Shown here: in pieces, positions 1 through 12,655 of the stretch
Layout of the letters: every line of letters begins with the position of its first letter
Position numbering within the stretch: position 1 is the first letter of the stretch
Assembly (NCBI GenBank): GCA_017654855.1
Contig: CM030337.1
Span: 62,001 to 126,000, forward strand
Length of the DNA: 64,000 bases
Direction of reading: 5' to 3'
Origin: Podospora anserina
Lineage: Eukaryota
Made by a program: the position numbers and the translations under genes
Notes under the pieces: model-generated
What the model was told of the DNA's origin: nothing
Databases searched by the model: none
The model's input: the letters and a program-made list of their open reading frames with translations, nothing else

Positions 1-1686
1 TAGGCCTTCTCCTCGGTCACTGTGGACCGGCTGGCTTGGTTTTTGGCCTGCCTTTCTAACTCCGCCCTTTCTTCTAAGGTCAAATCGGACTCAGCCTTGC
101 CGACCTTGATGGTGGCAAACAAGAGCAGAACAACCACAGCACAAGCAGTAGCAAACCAAAAGGCGACTTGATGTCCAGTTGTGCCACCCCTCTTGGTCTC
201 TTCGGAAACAGCAAGATCCGAAATACCGAGGAAGAAGCTGATGCCCAAAAACAAGAGGCTGTTGATGAGAGCCCCTGCCAAACCCTGCCTATGCCTTGCA
301 ACATTGGTCGTGATGAAGACGTTGCTGACGATGAAGGTGATGTCTATGCCAATGGTCGAGCCGAGCATGGCAGGAAAGACCCATGCCCAAAAGTTGGCAT
401 CTTGTGGCATAAGCGCGAACAGAAGCACGCAGGCCAGGCTTCCAAGCGCAGAAATGATCAAGAGTAGCCTACCAGGCAACAGATGAAGGGTAAACCCACC
501 GATTGTGGCCAATACGATACCACCACCAGCCATTGGGGCGAACCAAATGGCTGTGATGAGTGCTGTTTGTCCCATCCACTCGCTGATTCTGTTGAAAGGA
601 TTAGTCCCGCCGTTTTTCATAGTACAAGATGAGGGTTGAGCAACTTACTGGAAACTGGCGTAAAATAGGAAAACCCCGAAGATGCCATAGGCAAAGAACA
701 GTGCGACAGTGAGCCGGACCATGTACTTTGGTTGAAAGAGATCGAACGGGAGCAGCGGCTGTTCTGCTACCCAACCTTCAATGTAGACCGCGGCGCCCAG
801 AAGCAACACGCCAAGAATGAAAGTCACGATGATGTACGGACTCTTCCATCCGTTGGGTGCGTGAGCTCCGTCTGTCAGGGCGAATGTAGTCAATACCAAG
901 CCCGGCGCAATCGTAACAATGCCCCACCAGTCCATTTTGACATGGGCATTTTCCCTTCTCGTTTGCTCCATGTCTTTTGGAATGGTCACAAACGCAACAG
1001 CTGAAGAGATGAACAGGATAATGGAGCCGATGTAAAAGTACCACCTCCAACTGAGGTACTCGATCGTCAAGCCGCCCGTGATGATGCCCAAAAAGAAGCC
1101 AATGGGCGCAAAGGCACTGTAAAGCGCAAACACCAAGTTCTTTCTCGGACCCGGACGGTATAGCTTCCCCAGCAACATGATCCCCGTCGGTAAGAAGGCC
1201 GCTGGTCCAAACCCACCCAGAGCTCTGGTGACAATAAGCATGATATAATTCGTGCTGAAGCCAGAGATGAGAGACCAAGCTGAGAACCAGACCATTCCGA
1301 TGCTGAAAACCCAGTAGGCGCCATAAATGTCGGCTATCCTGCCAAAGGGCAGTAGAAAGGCACCAGTGACGAGGGAGAAGACGCTGGCGGGCCACACCTG
1401 TGAGGTTTTTGGAATTTCGAGCGAGATGGAAACCGAGGGAAGGATGATGTTGAAGCCTGAGATGAAAAACTCCTGCTGACGACATTAGTTGGGTATCTAA
1501 GACGAGGAAGAGCTTGAAAAGACAAACCGCCATGAACATGGATATCAGAAGTGAAGCACAAAACATAACCTCGGTAAAAGTGCTGAAGAAGACATCTGGT
1601 CTTTGACGGCCGAGCAGTTCGAGATCAGTCTCAGACTCGGCACCCGAGGGCGACTCGATGTCGCCCTTCTTCGTTGACGGTGACAT
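1..1686 (-). CDS. MFS transporter (DHA2/aminotriazole-resistance-like, 14-TM type); stop codon straddles the window edge
   Basis: Exons 1686-1528, 1472-649 and 588-1, with GT-AG introns 1527-1473 and 648-589. Motif LLPFGRIADIYG (MFS motif A), plus YRPGPRKNLVFALYSAFAPIGF and many hydrophobic helices. C-terminus reads ...TEEKA followed by TA at bases 2-1. Confidence 0.9.
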
Positions 1687-2433
1687 GGATGTCAGACAGG
1701 TCGAAGAAGGAATGGGGCGATGAGGTTGACGAGCAAGCACGATGAGCAAGGAAACCCTTCACGATATAAACCTCAGCCTTTCCAGGCTTGTTGACGACAG
1801 TGAACGATAGGCATTTTTGACGCTAGCAGACCAAAACAGTAGCTAAAAGTTCAACATCATCGACGTGACTTTAAGACGATTAGTCACAGGGACTGCAGTG
1901 CAAAAGACTGCACAGGTTGTCGAATTGGTCCCTTTCCGGGCTTAGCGCACCCATGCTCTGGCTCCACTGTCCACGGGGGCGCTGTGGGGCGGGGGGGCAA
2001 CCTGGCCGCGGGACGACAACGAAATCGGAGGGATGACGGGTTGCGGTTGTGAACGTGAGATGTGCTTCTGTGGTTCCCATCTTGGAAGTGAGTTTTCTTG
2101 GTTTTCTTCGTCTGGCTTCTGTCCATTTCACATTTAAGCTTCTTTGCTCGCGCGCGGTCGAGTGCATGACACGGAGCCATAACGCCTTAAAAGTGGAGCA
2201 CCGCTTGCCATTTTGCTACCTCTTTCAGCCTAGCGCCCTTCTTTGCGCTCCCGCGCGAAAGCCGCCGAGCCCCCTGACGGCCGATTGGGTGGCGATCCTG
2301 TCTTCAACGTCACTTCTCGTCTCTCTTGAAGACTGTTCCAAGTCGACGATACGACCGCACAGGGCAGACCAACAAGGCAAGAGGAACATCGCCGACACAT
2401 CATCCCGACTGGGACAGGACTGGAGGTCCCTCG

Positions 2434-4356
2434 ATGCCTGAACCCAAGAAGACACCCCCTTCGACAGGAGCAGCAGCACCACAAAAGGCCTGCCATAACT
2501 GTCGCCGCCGCCGACTTCGGTGTGACAAATCTGTCCCCTCCTGTCACAAGTGCTCAATCAACGGCGAAGAGTGTCTTGGCTATGGAACCTTCTTCCGATG
2601 GGCGAATGCCCCAGCTGTCCGGGGCCACCTCGCGTTGCCAAAGCCAAAGAAAGAGCCCTTGAAGAGTCGAACACCAAGTTTGCCATCACCAACATCATTC
2701 TCGTCCATCTCAACAGTATCGCCTTCAGATTCCTCATTGATATCTTCTTCAGTATCCCCGTTGCTGTCGCCCTTGGTATCGCCCCTGGTATCATCGGTGT
2801 CACCGGCGTCATCTACATCGGAGTGTGACTATCAAACCAAACCCCTCAGCCGTGCTGAGCTCATGGCCATCAACCGCGAGGTTCAGGCTATGAAGGATGA
2901 GGAGGAAGGAACATATAGGTACACTCTGGTTCACCCCTCCCTACTGGATCCTTTTCACAACTCCCTGGACCGGAAATCAAAACATTATATCCACCACTGT
3001 AGGTATTTATCTTCGTGCCCTTTTCCCTCTTGAGCCACTTGCCTTATCACCATGCTTCACCCCCACAATCTCTCTGCAAGCCAAGGTGGTAGCCGACCAA
3101 TACAACGCCCCCTCATCCCATAGTTATTTCATCACCGATGCTAACGCACTGTGCCAGTCTCCAATGCCGTCTGCCGTGATCTGGTCTCGATCGACCAGCA
3201 ATCCCGCAACCCCTTCCGCGCCATGATTCCTCTTGCTGGCCGGTTTGATTACCTGCAGTCCATTATCGTGGCCACGGGGGCTATGCACCTGGCCACACTG
3301 CAAAATTACCACAACCGCCGCCCAGGAGGGCCAGAACTGGTTGACGCCCTCGTGGCTAAGGGAAAAGCCGTATCGGCACTCACGAGAGCCGTAGCAAGTG
3401 CCGGCAATGAAGTTACACCCACAAGCCAGGCCATGATCTTGGCAGCGATAGTCTTCTTCGTCAACCTGGACTTGATCGACAACGGCAAGGGGAGCTGGCA
3501 GGCTCACATCGAGGCAGCTAGTACGCTCATGACGTCGATTCAGAAGCAGGTCGCCAGTGGCGGGGCCGAGAACAGGGTGATAATAGACGACAGCCTGATG
3601 AGGCTGGTGGACGCCATCGCGGCGGATTGCTTGACATATCGGATTCTTGGGACGACCATAAGCGGCGTTGACACAACGTGGGCTGACTCGATGGAACACT
3701 CGGATCTCTTTTCTGTGCTCAGCCGGGCCGAGGCCCATAGCTATCACTGTTGCCCACCAGTCATGCTGGAGACCATCCTGGCCACCAGCAGACTGTTTCA
3801 TGATCATCTGAGCGCACCAGAGGAAAAGGTGAAGCGGGCGCTGGAGCTCTTGGGCCGCGCCAAAAAGTTCGACGTCGTGGACTGGGTCTATGCGATCCAG
3901 GGGCTGTCGTTGGAGCAAGATGATTTATCTGTGCGAGTGAGTTTGGCAAGGGCACATCGCGCGGCGGCATGTCTGTACATTTTACTTTGTGTGCCGGACG
4001 CTCTCAAACCACTGGGTTTGGTTTCCCTAGAGCCCCTGGTCCTGGAGCTGCGTGGGTATATAGCCGAGGTGCCACTCGATCACGTACTTCTCAAGGGTAT
4101 CGTCTGGCCTGTGTTCCTGGCGGGCGCGCAGACCACCGAGGCCTCTCAGCGGGTCTGGTATGTTGAAAGGCTCGAATCGGTTTGGGCAAAGAACCCTTGG
4201 ATTTGTCCTTGGGGTTACATACGTACCGCCATCGAAATGATGAGGGAAATCTGGGAAGCCAGAGATGCCATGGAGATGGCCGGCCTGGAGGATCTCGGCG
4301 GGTGGAATTGGTTGGCTGCCATGAAGAGTAGGCGAGAGCAGTGCTTGATTGTCTGA
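2434..4356 (+). CDS. Zn(II)2Cys6 transcription factor with fungal-specific TF domain (acr-2-like)
   Basis: Binuclear cluster CHNCRRRRLRCDKSVPSCHKCSINGEEC. Intron 2999-3157 (GTAGGT...GCTAAC...CAG) joins ORF 2326-3033 to ORF 3151-4356 in frame. C-terminal half has WQAHIEAA, WPVFLAGA and PWG, typical of Fungal_trans_2. Confidence 0.9.
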
Positions 4357-4629
4357 ACACCTGACTTGCAATTCAATTGTTTTCGGCGTCTCATAGGTAC
4401 CCAAGCCAACCAGGTAGCTAGTCACTGGGGCTACTGCCGTAGCTGTTTACACAGCTTAGATCAGCAATGTTATACAAATGATCAACCACGTCACGTGGAT
4501 GTGTGCTGGTACAACAGGATGGGATTGGACTAAATAGCACGCAAATTGAGAAGCGCCCCGCCCCTCAAAGTGTCATCACACATTTCTCTTGAACGTGGTT
4601 TGATGTGTACCTAAAACCTTCATCAAAAG

Positions 4630-7600
4630 ATGAGATTGCTTGAGACACACTCGCTACGTCTCGTTAGCAAACAAGGCACAATACCACGCTATGCCATCTT
4701 GTCTCATACATGGGGCGCCGAAGGCAACGAAGTGAGCTTCCACGATATCCATGACCTCCACTCCGCCAGTCAGCCGGACAACCATCCTGTAATCAAAAAG
4801 CCAGGCTTCGCCAAGATACGTGATGCAGCTAGAATCGCGAAGTCATCCGGTATCGACTATATTTGGATCGATACCTGCTGCATCGACAAGACATCGAGTG
4901 CCGAGCTCTCGGAAGCCATCAACTCCATGTATAGATGGTACCAAAATGCAACAATATGCTACGCATTCCTCAACGATGTCGATGACAGCTATGACGAGGA
5001 CCCTGAACTGGTCTTGGAAGCTACTGGAGAACAGCGCACGGCTGCCAAAATTCGAAACACGATACGATCAGTTCGACATAGTCGATGGTTCACGAGAGGG
5101 TGGACATTGCAAGAGTTGATTGCACCTGCAAACGTCATCTTTTATTCCCGAAACTGGAATGTCCTCGGCACCAAACTCAGGGATGTCCCCTTAAACGAGC
5201 CTTCGGCCTATCATGAGCCTCTAGATTTTGCAACAATTGTCAGCCAGATTACGGGGGTTGACCTTGATGTTCTCTCAGGCCATCTGGATTTGGACAGCAT
5301 CAGCGTTGCCGGCAAGATGAAGTGGGCAGCTAAACGACGCACGACTCGAACAGAAGACATGGCATATTGTCTGATGGGTCTGTTCAATGTCAATATGCCC
5401 TTGCTTTATGGTGAGGGTGGCCGTGCTTTCATGCGGTTACAAGAGGAGATCATCAAAGGTACTGCCGCGCTCTCCTCCTCGGGTACTTTGGCATGATGCT
5501 AACGCCTCATCCAGTAACCAATGACCAGTCAATCTTCTGTTGGCAATGTGATGAGGCCGATGTTCTTCAAAATCATCTCTCAGGCCTGTTGGCATCTAAG
5601 CCGGTTCACTTTGCCAGTTTTGGGGACATTAGGCCTCTGCCCTTTGATGCTTCTCGCCCAAGTTCCCCCTCGACAATGACAAACGCGGGCCTCTACGTGG
5701 AGTTCTATCTCGAACGAGCTACAGAATCGACACGCCACAATTCACATCACGAATTCAACGCCATCCTGGATTGTTATCCTCGCAAACACATTGAGCAAGA
5801 TGGAACAACTTCCTCTCGGAACCCAGCCATACGCCTGATAGCTCTCGGTGGTGACCAGTTTGCACGGCTGTTCCCTTCAAAAGTTGTCTGGGTATCTGCA
5901 GACCACTGGCAGACGGATGGAGGGGAGAATCAATACATCTACGTAAACCAGTCTCCGGTCATTAGAGTTCCCGACATTGTCGTTTCTGAGGACCCGTCCG
6001 ACCGCTGCCGACTAATTGATGTCTGGCCCCCATCGCGCTGGATCGCAGCTACCCGGACTCTGGGCCTCGCGACTTCAAGTCGGAACGACACCACGATTCG
6101 AGATACTGCCCTGGCCAAGTTCAAGTATCGGGTCAAGACCACCACTGCTGAACATGACAATGAGCCCTTGATGATAGAGGTGAGGGTGGGTATTCGCTCA
6201 AAGCTGCAGCTGGGTTCGTCTATTTCGTGGGACTGTTGGTGTCATTTCCGGAACTTATCCAACAAACTAAACACTCACGAATGCGACCCCCCTATTGAGG
6301 CGGTTGACCGGCAGCTGACCCGTGGGTTCGCTCAATACATCCAAGACGGCGTGCAGGCGGTAGTTGAGACTGTCCACACACGAAACCGCTCCTACTTCTC
6401 CTTGACTGTCTCCAATGTCTATGAAATGGACAGCGTTACGAGTTTACGTTCTATTCTTGAAGTCCAGGGAACCGAAATCGGCGCCACTGGAACCACAAAT
6501 TCAGTATCGGCAGCACTATTAGTCGATGTAGCCTCAAGAAGCACGGTGCAAGACACGTGGCAATGGAGTCTTGGAATTAATAGCCCTGGGTTCAATACGG
6601 GAACGGCAGCCGCTTTATCACACCCTCCGCCAATTCGAACACGTTCTTGTCCGCAATCCATAGCCAACCCAGAACCTCTTGAGCAAAGCCCCGTCTACGA
6701 AACATTTTCTGAAGTCCTTGCTACAGCAATCAAAACGGGTGTCATGATTGAAGCCTCTGCTGTTATCAACCCGTTTGAAAGCTATTTCACCACATTGTTG
6801 ATCCAGGCTTGCATTAAAAATGAAGACCAAGCGGCGAGGCAGCTGCTTACCAGTCCGCTGAGCAGTGTGCTAGTCGACATCAAGACCTCCATACAAACGC
6901 GAGATCAAAGTGAGCTGGAACCATGGCATGAAATCTTCCGGGACTTTAGAGTCATCCACTGGGCCTCAGCACTTGGACACCTCGCTATTGTCAAGTTGCT
7001 CACTGCACATGGGGCGGATCCTAGCAGTACTACAGGGCTTGGACTGTCAGCCGTTCATTTAGCAGCACTTACTTCCCATTCCCTAATCGTGGAGCACCTT
7101 CTCGACGTTCTCGAAGACAAACGACCCGAGTGGTTCGAGAATGAACAGTTTGGGCAAGCAGAGTCGCCGGCCCATCTGATCGCTGCCTACATCAGGGGAT
7201 CTGAAACCGCGAGGATCCTGAATCGGCTTTTACCCGATCTAAAGCTAGCGGGAAAGCCCAAAAACGACCGTCTAGGAGACATGGGTCTGCCGGAGTTGGA
7301 GATACTCAGCCTGTCCCCAATAGCTGCCAGCCTTGAGGAGATGGATGCCGAGGAGCTTCATCGTGTTATGCCAAACCAGCTTACACTGCCAATCAATACG
7401 TTTCATGAGACCGCACTCCACCGCGCTGCCGCAATGGACAATATTCACGCAGTGAAGGCCTTCTTGGACAACTCTGAATATTTTCCCCGACCATCGGCTT
7501 ACCAAGATTGTGTTGGCAGAACTCCGTTGTGGCACGCTGCCGCCGCCGGGGCTTTGAAGGCAGTCGAGGAATTTCTTCAACACAAAGACGGAGTCCCCAT

Positions 7601-8174
7601 CGATGAACCTGATACGCTTGGAAGAACACCATTACACGCAGCCTGTCGCGGCGGCCATGTCGAGGTCGTTGACGTACTTCTCAGGGCCGGAGCGAATCCG
7701 ACAGCTGCGACAACAGAGTCCCACATGACGCCTGCTCACTTTGCTGCATTGAGTGGCAAAGAGGAAATTCTTCGATTGCTTAACAAACACACAGGAAGAC
7801 TAGACATCTTCTCAGAGTCCGCAAGACTGTCCCCTCTTCATATTGCAACTTCGAATGGATTTTTGGGCTGTGTTAGGTTTCTTTGTGAGACCGGAGCACA
7901 GTTGGACGTAATGGCCGGTCATCGTTTGATTGTGAGAAGCCATCCCAATATTGGCTTTTTGGACGTCAGTCTGGCCAAGAAGCATGGCTACTGGAGTCTG
8001 CACGAGCTGGCTCAACATGGAAATCACACACAGGTCCAGCGGTATCTGGAAATGATTGCCCCTGGTCAGGCAGGCGTGAAGACAGGGTCCAGCACGGGAC
8101 TGTTCGACGTCGAATTGGGAAGCAGTTTGTGGCCTTCATTTCATTACGAGAAAATACTGACTCGTAACCTATGA
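4630..8174 (+). CDS. HET-domain (heterokaryon incompatibility, HET-E-like N-terminus) protein with C-terminal ankyrin repeats
   Basis: HET motifs YAILSHTWG, WIDTCCIDK, SAELSEAINSMYRWY and SRWFTRGWTLQELIAP, followed by AYCLMGLFNVNMPLLYGEG. Intron 5459-5514 (GTACTG...GCTAAC...CAG) joins the two ORFs in frame. Ankyrin repeats include GRTPLWHAA, GRTPLHAAC, TPAHFAA and SPLHIAT. Confidence 0.9.
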
Positions 8175-9311
8175 TAACGGGGAACATTTTAATCTGTAAA
8201 GCACGCAAAATAGATCAAGACCTATATGGTGTTTCTGTTGTGGACTGGTTTCTAACTGGGTTCGTTGTTTCTCAACCAACATTTACCTACCTCATCCCTT
8301 GCCCCGCTCCCGTCAAGTTGCCTCGTTCACTGCCGGTCCCAGCGATGAGGACCTGCCGCCAGAAGCCATGTGTTAAAGGTGAGCGAGCTGCTGCGACATA
8401 ATTAGCCGAGAATGCAAGCTGGTTGGCGGCGGATGCACCATCAAAGTCTGGGGAAAGGCTGGGGAAGTCCCCATATCCCGGCAGTCGTTTTACCCCACCC
8501 TTCGGGACAGCAACAGAACAAGCACACGCGTCACGTTGAAGAGTGATCAGATAAACAGAGCATGTGCCACTGCTGCGCCTTCTTTGCTGATTCGTAACTA
8601 GAGCACCGTCTGCCGATCGTCCTAGTCTCAGGATTCAGCCGAGGAACTTCAGGATAAACACAGCATGGGCGAATGGAACCTAAGCAAGGTGAATAATATG
8701 CTTGGAAGCTGTGTTCCTGGAGCAAGTCAGATGTTACAAAGCCGATACGGGGGGTTTCTGCATGCCCGAACACTGTATCCTGACCAAGCGGAATGTCCGA
8801 AGTAGAGCAATGCTCGTCACGAGGCTAGATTCGAGGGTGTCATGATACTATAACCCCCAATTCTCTGGGTCCCTTCTTCCCCGCCCCATTAGATTGGTCC
8901 GAGGGGACCAGTTAAGCTCTTGGACCAAGTCCGTCCTGAGATCCAGGTGTTAGTCGGTGTACCGGCTAATACAAACTCCTATGAGCTTCATGCTCGACAT
9001 GGAAATTCTCCGGATTGTAGATCTGGATTTACGGTCAAATGTGGGGAACGGCGTGTCCATTGCAGGACATCCCGGCGTAGTTTCACTGCCAATTTAACTG
9101 ATTTCTCTGATAGGCGGGTGGACCCGGGCCTTACGGATGAGTTCAAAGGTACCTAGGGACCAGAAAGACTTCAGGGGCGCTCAAGGGCTGTAAGGCTTCA
9201 AGCTATTAAAAGACATGATCCCCATGTGGATCCCATCAGGTTCTGAAGTATTCGCTCTCTCCCATATCCATCCGTGGCCTATTCGACGGACCCGTCGAAT
9301 ACACCATCATC

Positions 9312-11389
9312 ATGCCTGTCAACTCCAGGTTGGCAGTTGCCGCAACGCTGGCCTCATTATGTGAGTAAAAGCCACCAGACGCTGGTATCGGAAGCTCAAT
9401 TCAGTATTGACCTGGATCATAGGGCTTCAGTCAGGGTCTGCGCAAACAACATGTTCGACCATGCCGTCGGATGCGACCTACGACTACGTGATTGTAGGAT
9501 CCGGGGCCGGTGGAATCCCCATGGCTGACCGACTTAGCGAAGCGGGACACAAGGTGCTGTTAATCGAGAAAGGGCCACCGTCTTCAGGTCGATGGGGTGG
9601 CACAATGAAGCCCGCATGGCTCCAAGGCACTAACCTGACACGGTTCGACGTTCCGGGGCTTTGCAATCAGGTAAGAGACCTCTTCACTCCGCTGAGAAGT
9701 CATATTCGGCTTCCGAGGCTGACGTGTACGACTTTGTAGATTTGGGCCGACCCCACGGGCGTCTCCTGTACTGATATAGATCAAATGGCGGGCTGCGTTC
9801 TCGGAGGTGGGACGGCGGTAAACGCAGGGCTGTGGTGGAAGCCGCACCCGGAGGACTGGGACACCAACTTCCCTGCTGGATGGCAAACCAAGGATCTCGC
9901 GGCCGCCACCGACCGCGTGTTCTCGAGAATACCCGGAACCATCACCCCTTCAGTGGATGGTAAACGATACTTGTCGCAGGGATTTGATGTGTTGGGGGGC
10001 AGTCTTCGAGCGGCCGGGTGGGAGTACGTGGTACCTAATGAGACCCCGGAGAAGAAGAACCGCACGATTGGACACAGCACGTTTATGTTTTCCGGCGGTG
10101 AAAGGGGCGGGCCTTTGGCCACCTATCTCGTCACCGCGAGCGGGAGGAACACGTTTACCCTGTGGACAAATACGATTGCTAAGCGAATCATCCGCACTGG
10201 CGGCCATGCCACTGGTGTCGAGGTGGAGTGCAACCGTGGTGGACATGCTGGTGTTGTGAACCTGACACCAAACACTGGACGTGTCATCTCAGCGGCCGGA
10301 GCCTTTGGCTCTGCAAAGTTGTTGTTTAGGAGTAAGCCCCCGTTTGTTGCCGCCGTGTTGAAGATGTCTGTACTAACCTGGCTTTATGAAGGCGGTATTG
10401 GCCCAACAGACCAGCTGAACATCGTCAAGAACTCAACAGATGGACCGACGATGATTGATTCAGCGCAGTGGATTAACCTACCGGTGGGCTACAACTTGAA
10501 TGACCACGTTGGGACAGATATTGAGATCGCCCATCCTGATGTTGTTTTTTACGATTACTATGCTGCTTGGCGATCGCCTATTGCCAGCGATGCCGAGACA
10601 TATTTGGCCAACCGGACTGGCCCCTTTGCTCAGGCGGCTCCAAATATTGGCCCCATCGTACGTCAAGTGGAATTCTCAAGTTAAATTGATGCCAGTGCTA
10701 ACAAATGGCGCCACTACCTAGTTTTGGGAAATCATCAAGGGTGGTGACGGCACTGATAGACACCTACACTGGCAGGCTCGAGTAGAGGGGCTTACCAACA
10801 GTAAGATGCAACCAATGCCCGTGAGAAGAGGAAAGCTGTGCTAACAAAACAGCCTCCATGACTGTTACCCAGTATCTTGGAACCGGGTCAACGTCTCGAG
10901 GAAGAATGACAATCACTAGGCAACTCAATACGGTTGTCTCGACTCCTCCATATCTCAGAACAGAGCATGACAAGCAGGCAGTCGTTGAGGGTCTAATCAG
11001 TCTCCAAAAGTCTCTGGCCAACGTCGCTAACTTGACGTGGATTACCCCGAGACCAGGAGTTTCGGCAGAGCAATTTGTGAACTCGGTACGTCTCACCTCC
11101 AGATCGCGGTCCAGAGCTCTGGCTTGCTGACATGAGGGCAAAGATCCCTGCAATTCCAGGACGCCGAGGTTCCAACCATTGGATAGGGACTGCCAAGATG
11201 GGTACTGATGATGGGAGGTCTGGCGGAACGTCCGTGGTGGACTTGAACACCAAGGTATACGGGACTGACAACATCTTTGTCGTTGATGCTTCCATCTTCC
11301 CCGGAATGATCACCGCCAACCCGTCCGCTGCCATTGTTATTGTTTCGGAGCACGCTGCCACCAAGATTCTTACGCTTTCTTCTGCCTAA
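9312..11389 (+). CDS. Cellobiose dehydrogenase flavodomain (AA3_1), secreted, without cytochrome (AA8) or CBM1
   Basis: Seven exons: 9312-9360, 9423-9670, 9740-10331, 10392-10657, 10722-10800, 10853-11085, 11144-11389. Signal peptide MPVNSRLAVAATLASLWLQSGSA, FAD-binding YDYVIVGSGAGG, CDH-specific LTRFDVPGLCNQIW, AGCVLGGGTAVNAGLWWKP, and the catalytic pair SNHW ... ANP. Confidence 0.9.
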
Positions 11390-11791
11390 GTTAGGTATGG
11401 GGGACTATTCGTCTCCGTAAGCCCCAAAGCTAGTTGGCAAAAGTCTAGGGTCACAGGAAGGCTGATTTGTAGCTATGTAAATTAAAAGAATTGATTTGAC
11501 AGAGCATTGATTTGGAGCATGTCATGTTTTGTTGAGTTCTTGATCAGCGGCATCCACGGAGCAGTATAGCACACATGCACTGACAGGCTGTGTGCGAGAC
11601 AAGAAGAAATTGATATGTACGTGACAATAATATCGATATATACAATGAAGTTCCACATATCTCTCTCTTCCAAAGACAAACGACGGGAGCCAGCCCTGTT
11701 GAGATCTGTTGCGGTCGGCATGGCAATCGTCACTTGGTCCGTGCGTCAGGGGTAATGAGGGGCTAAAAACCTGAGCAAGAATGCTCATCCT

Positions 11792-12655
11792 TTAGCACTG
11801 GAAGACGGGAGGGCCAGGGTTCCGGTAGGAAGTAGGGATAGGCCAGTTGATGTTGATCTGAATGCCGGGGTCGCTGGCGGAGTAGGCACCGGGGAAGGAA
11901 ACCTTGTTGCTGGGCTCAGTGTTACCACCACCGGTGACTCCGATCTGGGCGCAGGAGATGTAGAACTGGGCGCCTCCGGGGCTGGAAGCAGAGTGCAAGG
12001 CGATGTGCTCAGCACGAAGCAAGTAGTAACCAGAGCGGATGCAACGCGGAATGGTGACGGGGAATGATCCCTTGTCTGGGAGGCAAGGTTAGCGCTGGGC
12101 TTGAGTATTGCAACTCAGCAGAGCAAAAATTCGACTTACTCAAACTGGGCCAGCCGAGCTGTTGGCCAAATGTGGGCTGTTCATGGTAGATCTTGAACCA
12201 GACAGCGCCGGATCCATCCCACCTGGTGACGTCCTGTCCATCAGGCACGCGGGCCAAGTAGAATTGCATCGGTCTATCACGCAAATCAGTCAGCTACTCG
12301 TATAGAGTTGCTTGGGGCACGTCAGCCGCAAACTCACCCAGGGTGGTAGGCGTTGGGGTTGACATAGTAAGTCAACTGAGAGCCGGCGCTGACGTTGTAT
12401 GTTTGCGAAGCTCCAGCTACCGAGTTCTGGAAGCATCGGATTTGTGGAGAGGTCACACTGCCGACGAAACCGTTATTCTGCCAGTCTGTTGAATAGAAAG
12501 TCAGCAAAACCAGATGCGGGCTAGTAGGGATGAAACAACATACTGTCAGCGCGACGGACGTGCTGCCAATCAGCGCCATTGCCAACACGAGGCAGAGTGT
12601 AGTGGGCGGTGGCGCTGAGCGCAGTGCTGAGAACGAGGGCGAGAGAAGCCAACAT
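11792..12655 (-). CDS. AA9 lytic polysaccharide monooxygenase, catalytic domain only
   Basis: Exons 12655-12544, 12485-12338, 12273-12140 and 12075-11792. Signal peptide followed by N-terminal His (ATA-HYTLP), second copper His in YHPGP, then YLLRAEHIALH and AQFYISCAQ. Confidence 0.93.

Noticed and set aside
2999..3157. Possible nested twin intron (GTAG|GTATTT...CATAG|...) in the Zn2Cys6 gene
   Set aside because: The residual external intron would be only 38 nt with a poor donor (GTAGTT). A single GTAGGT...CAG intron explains the frame.
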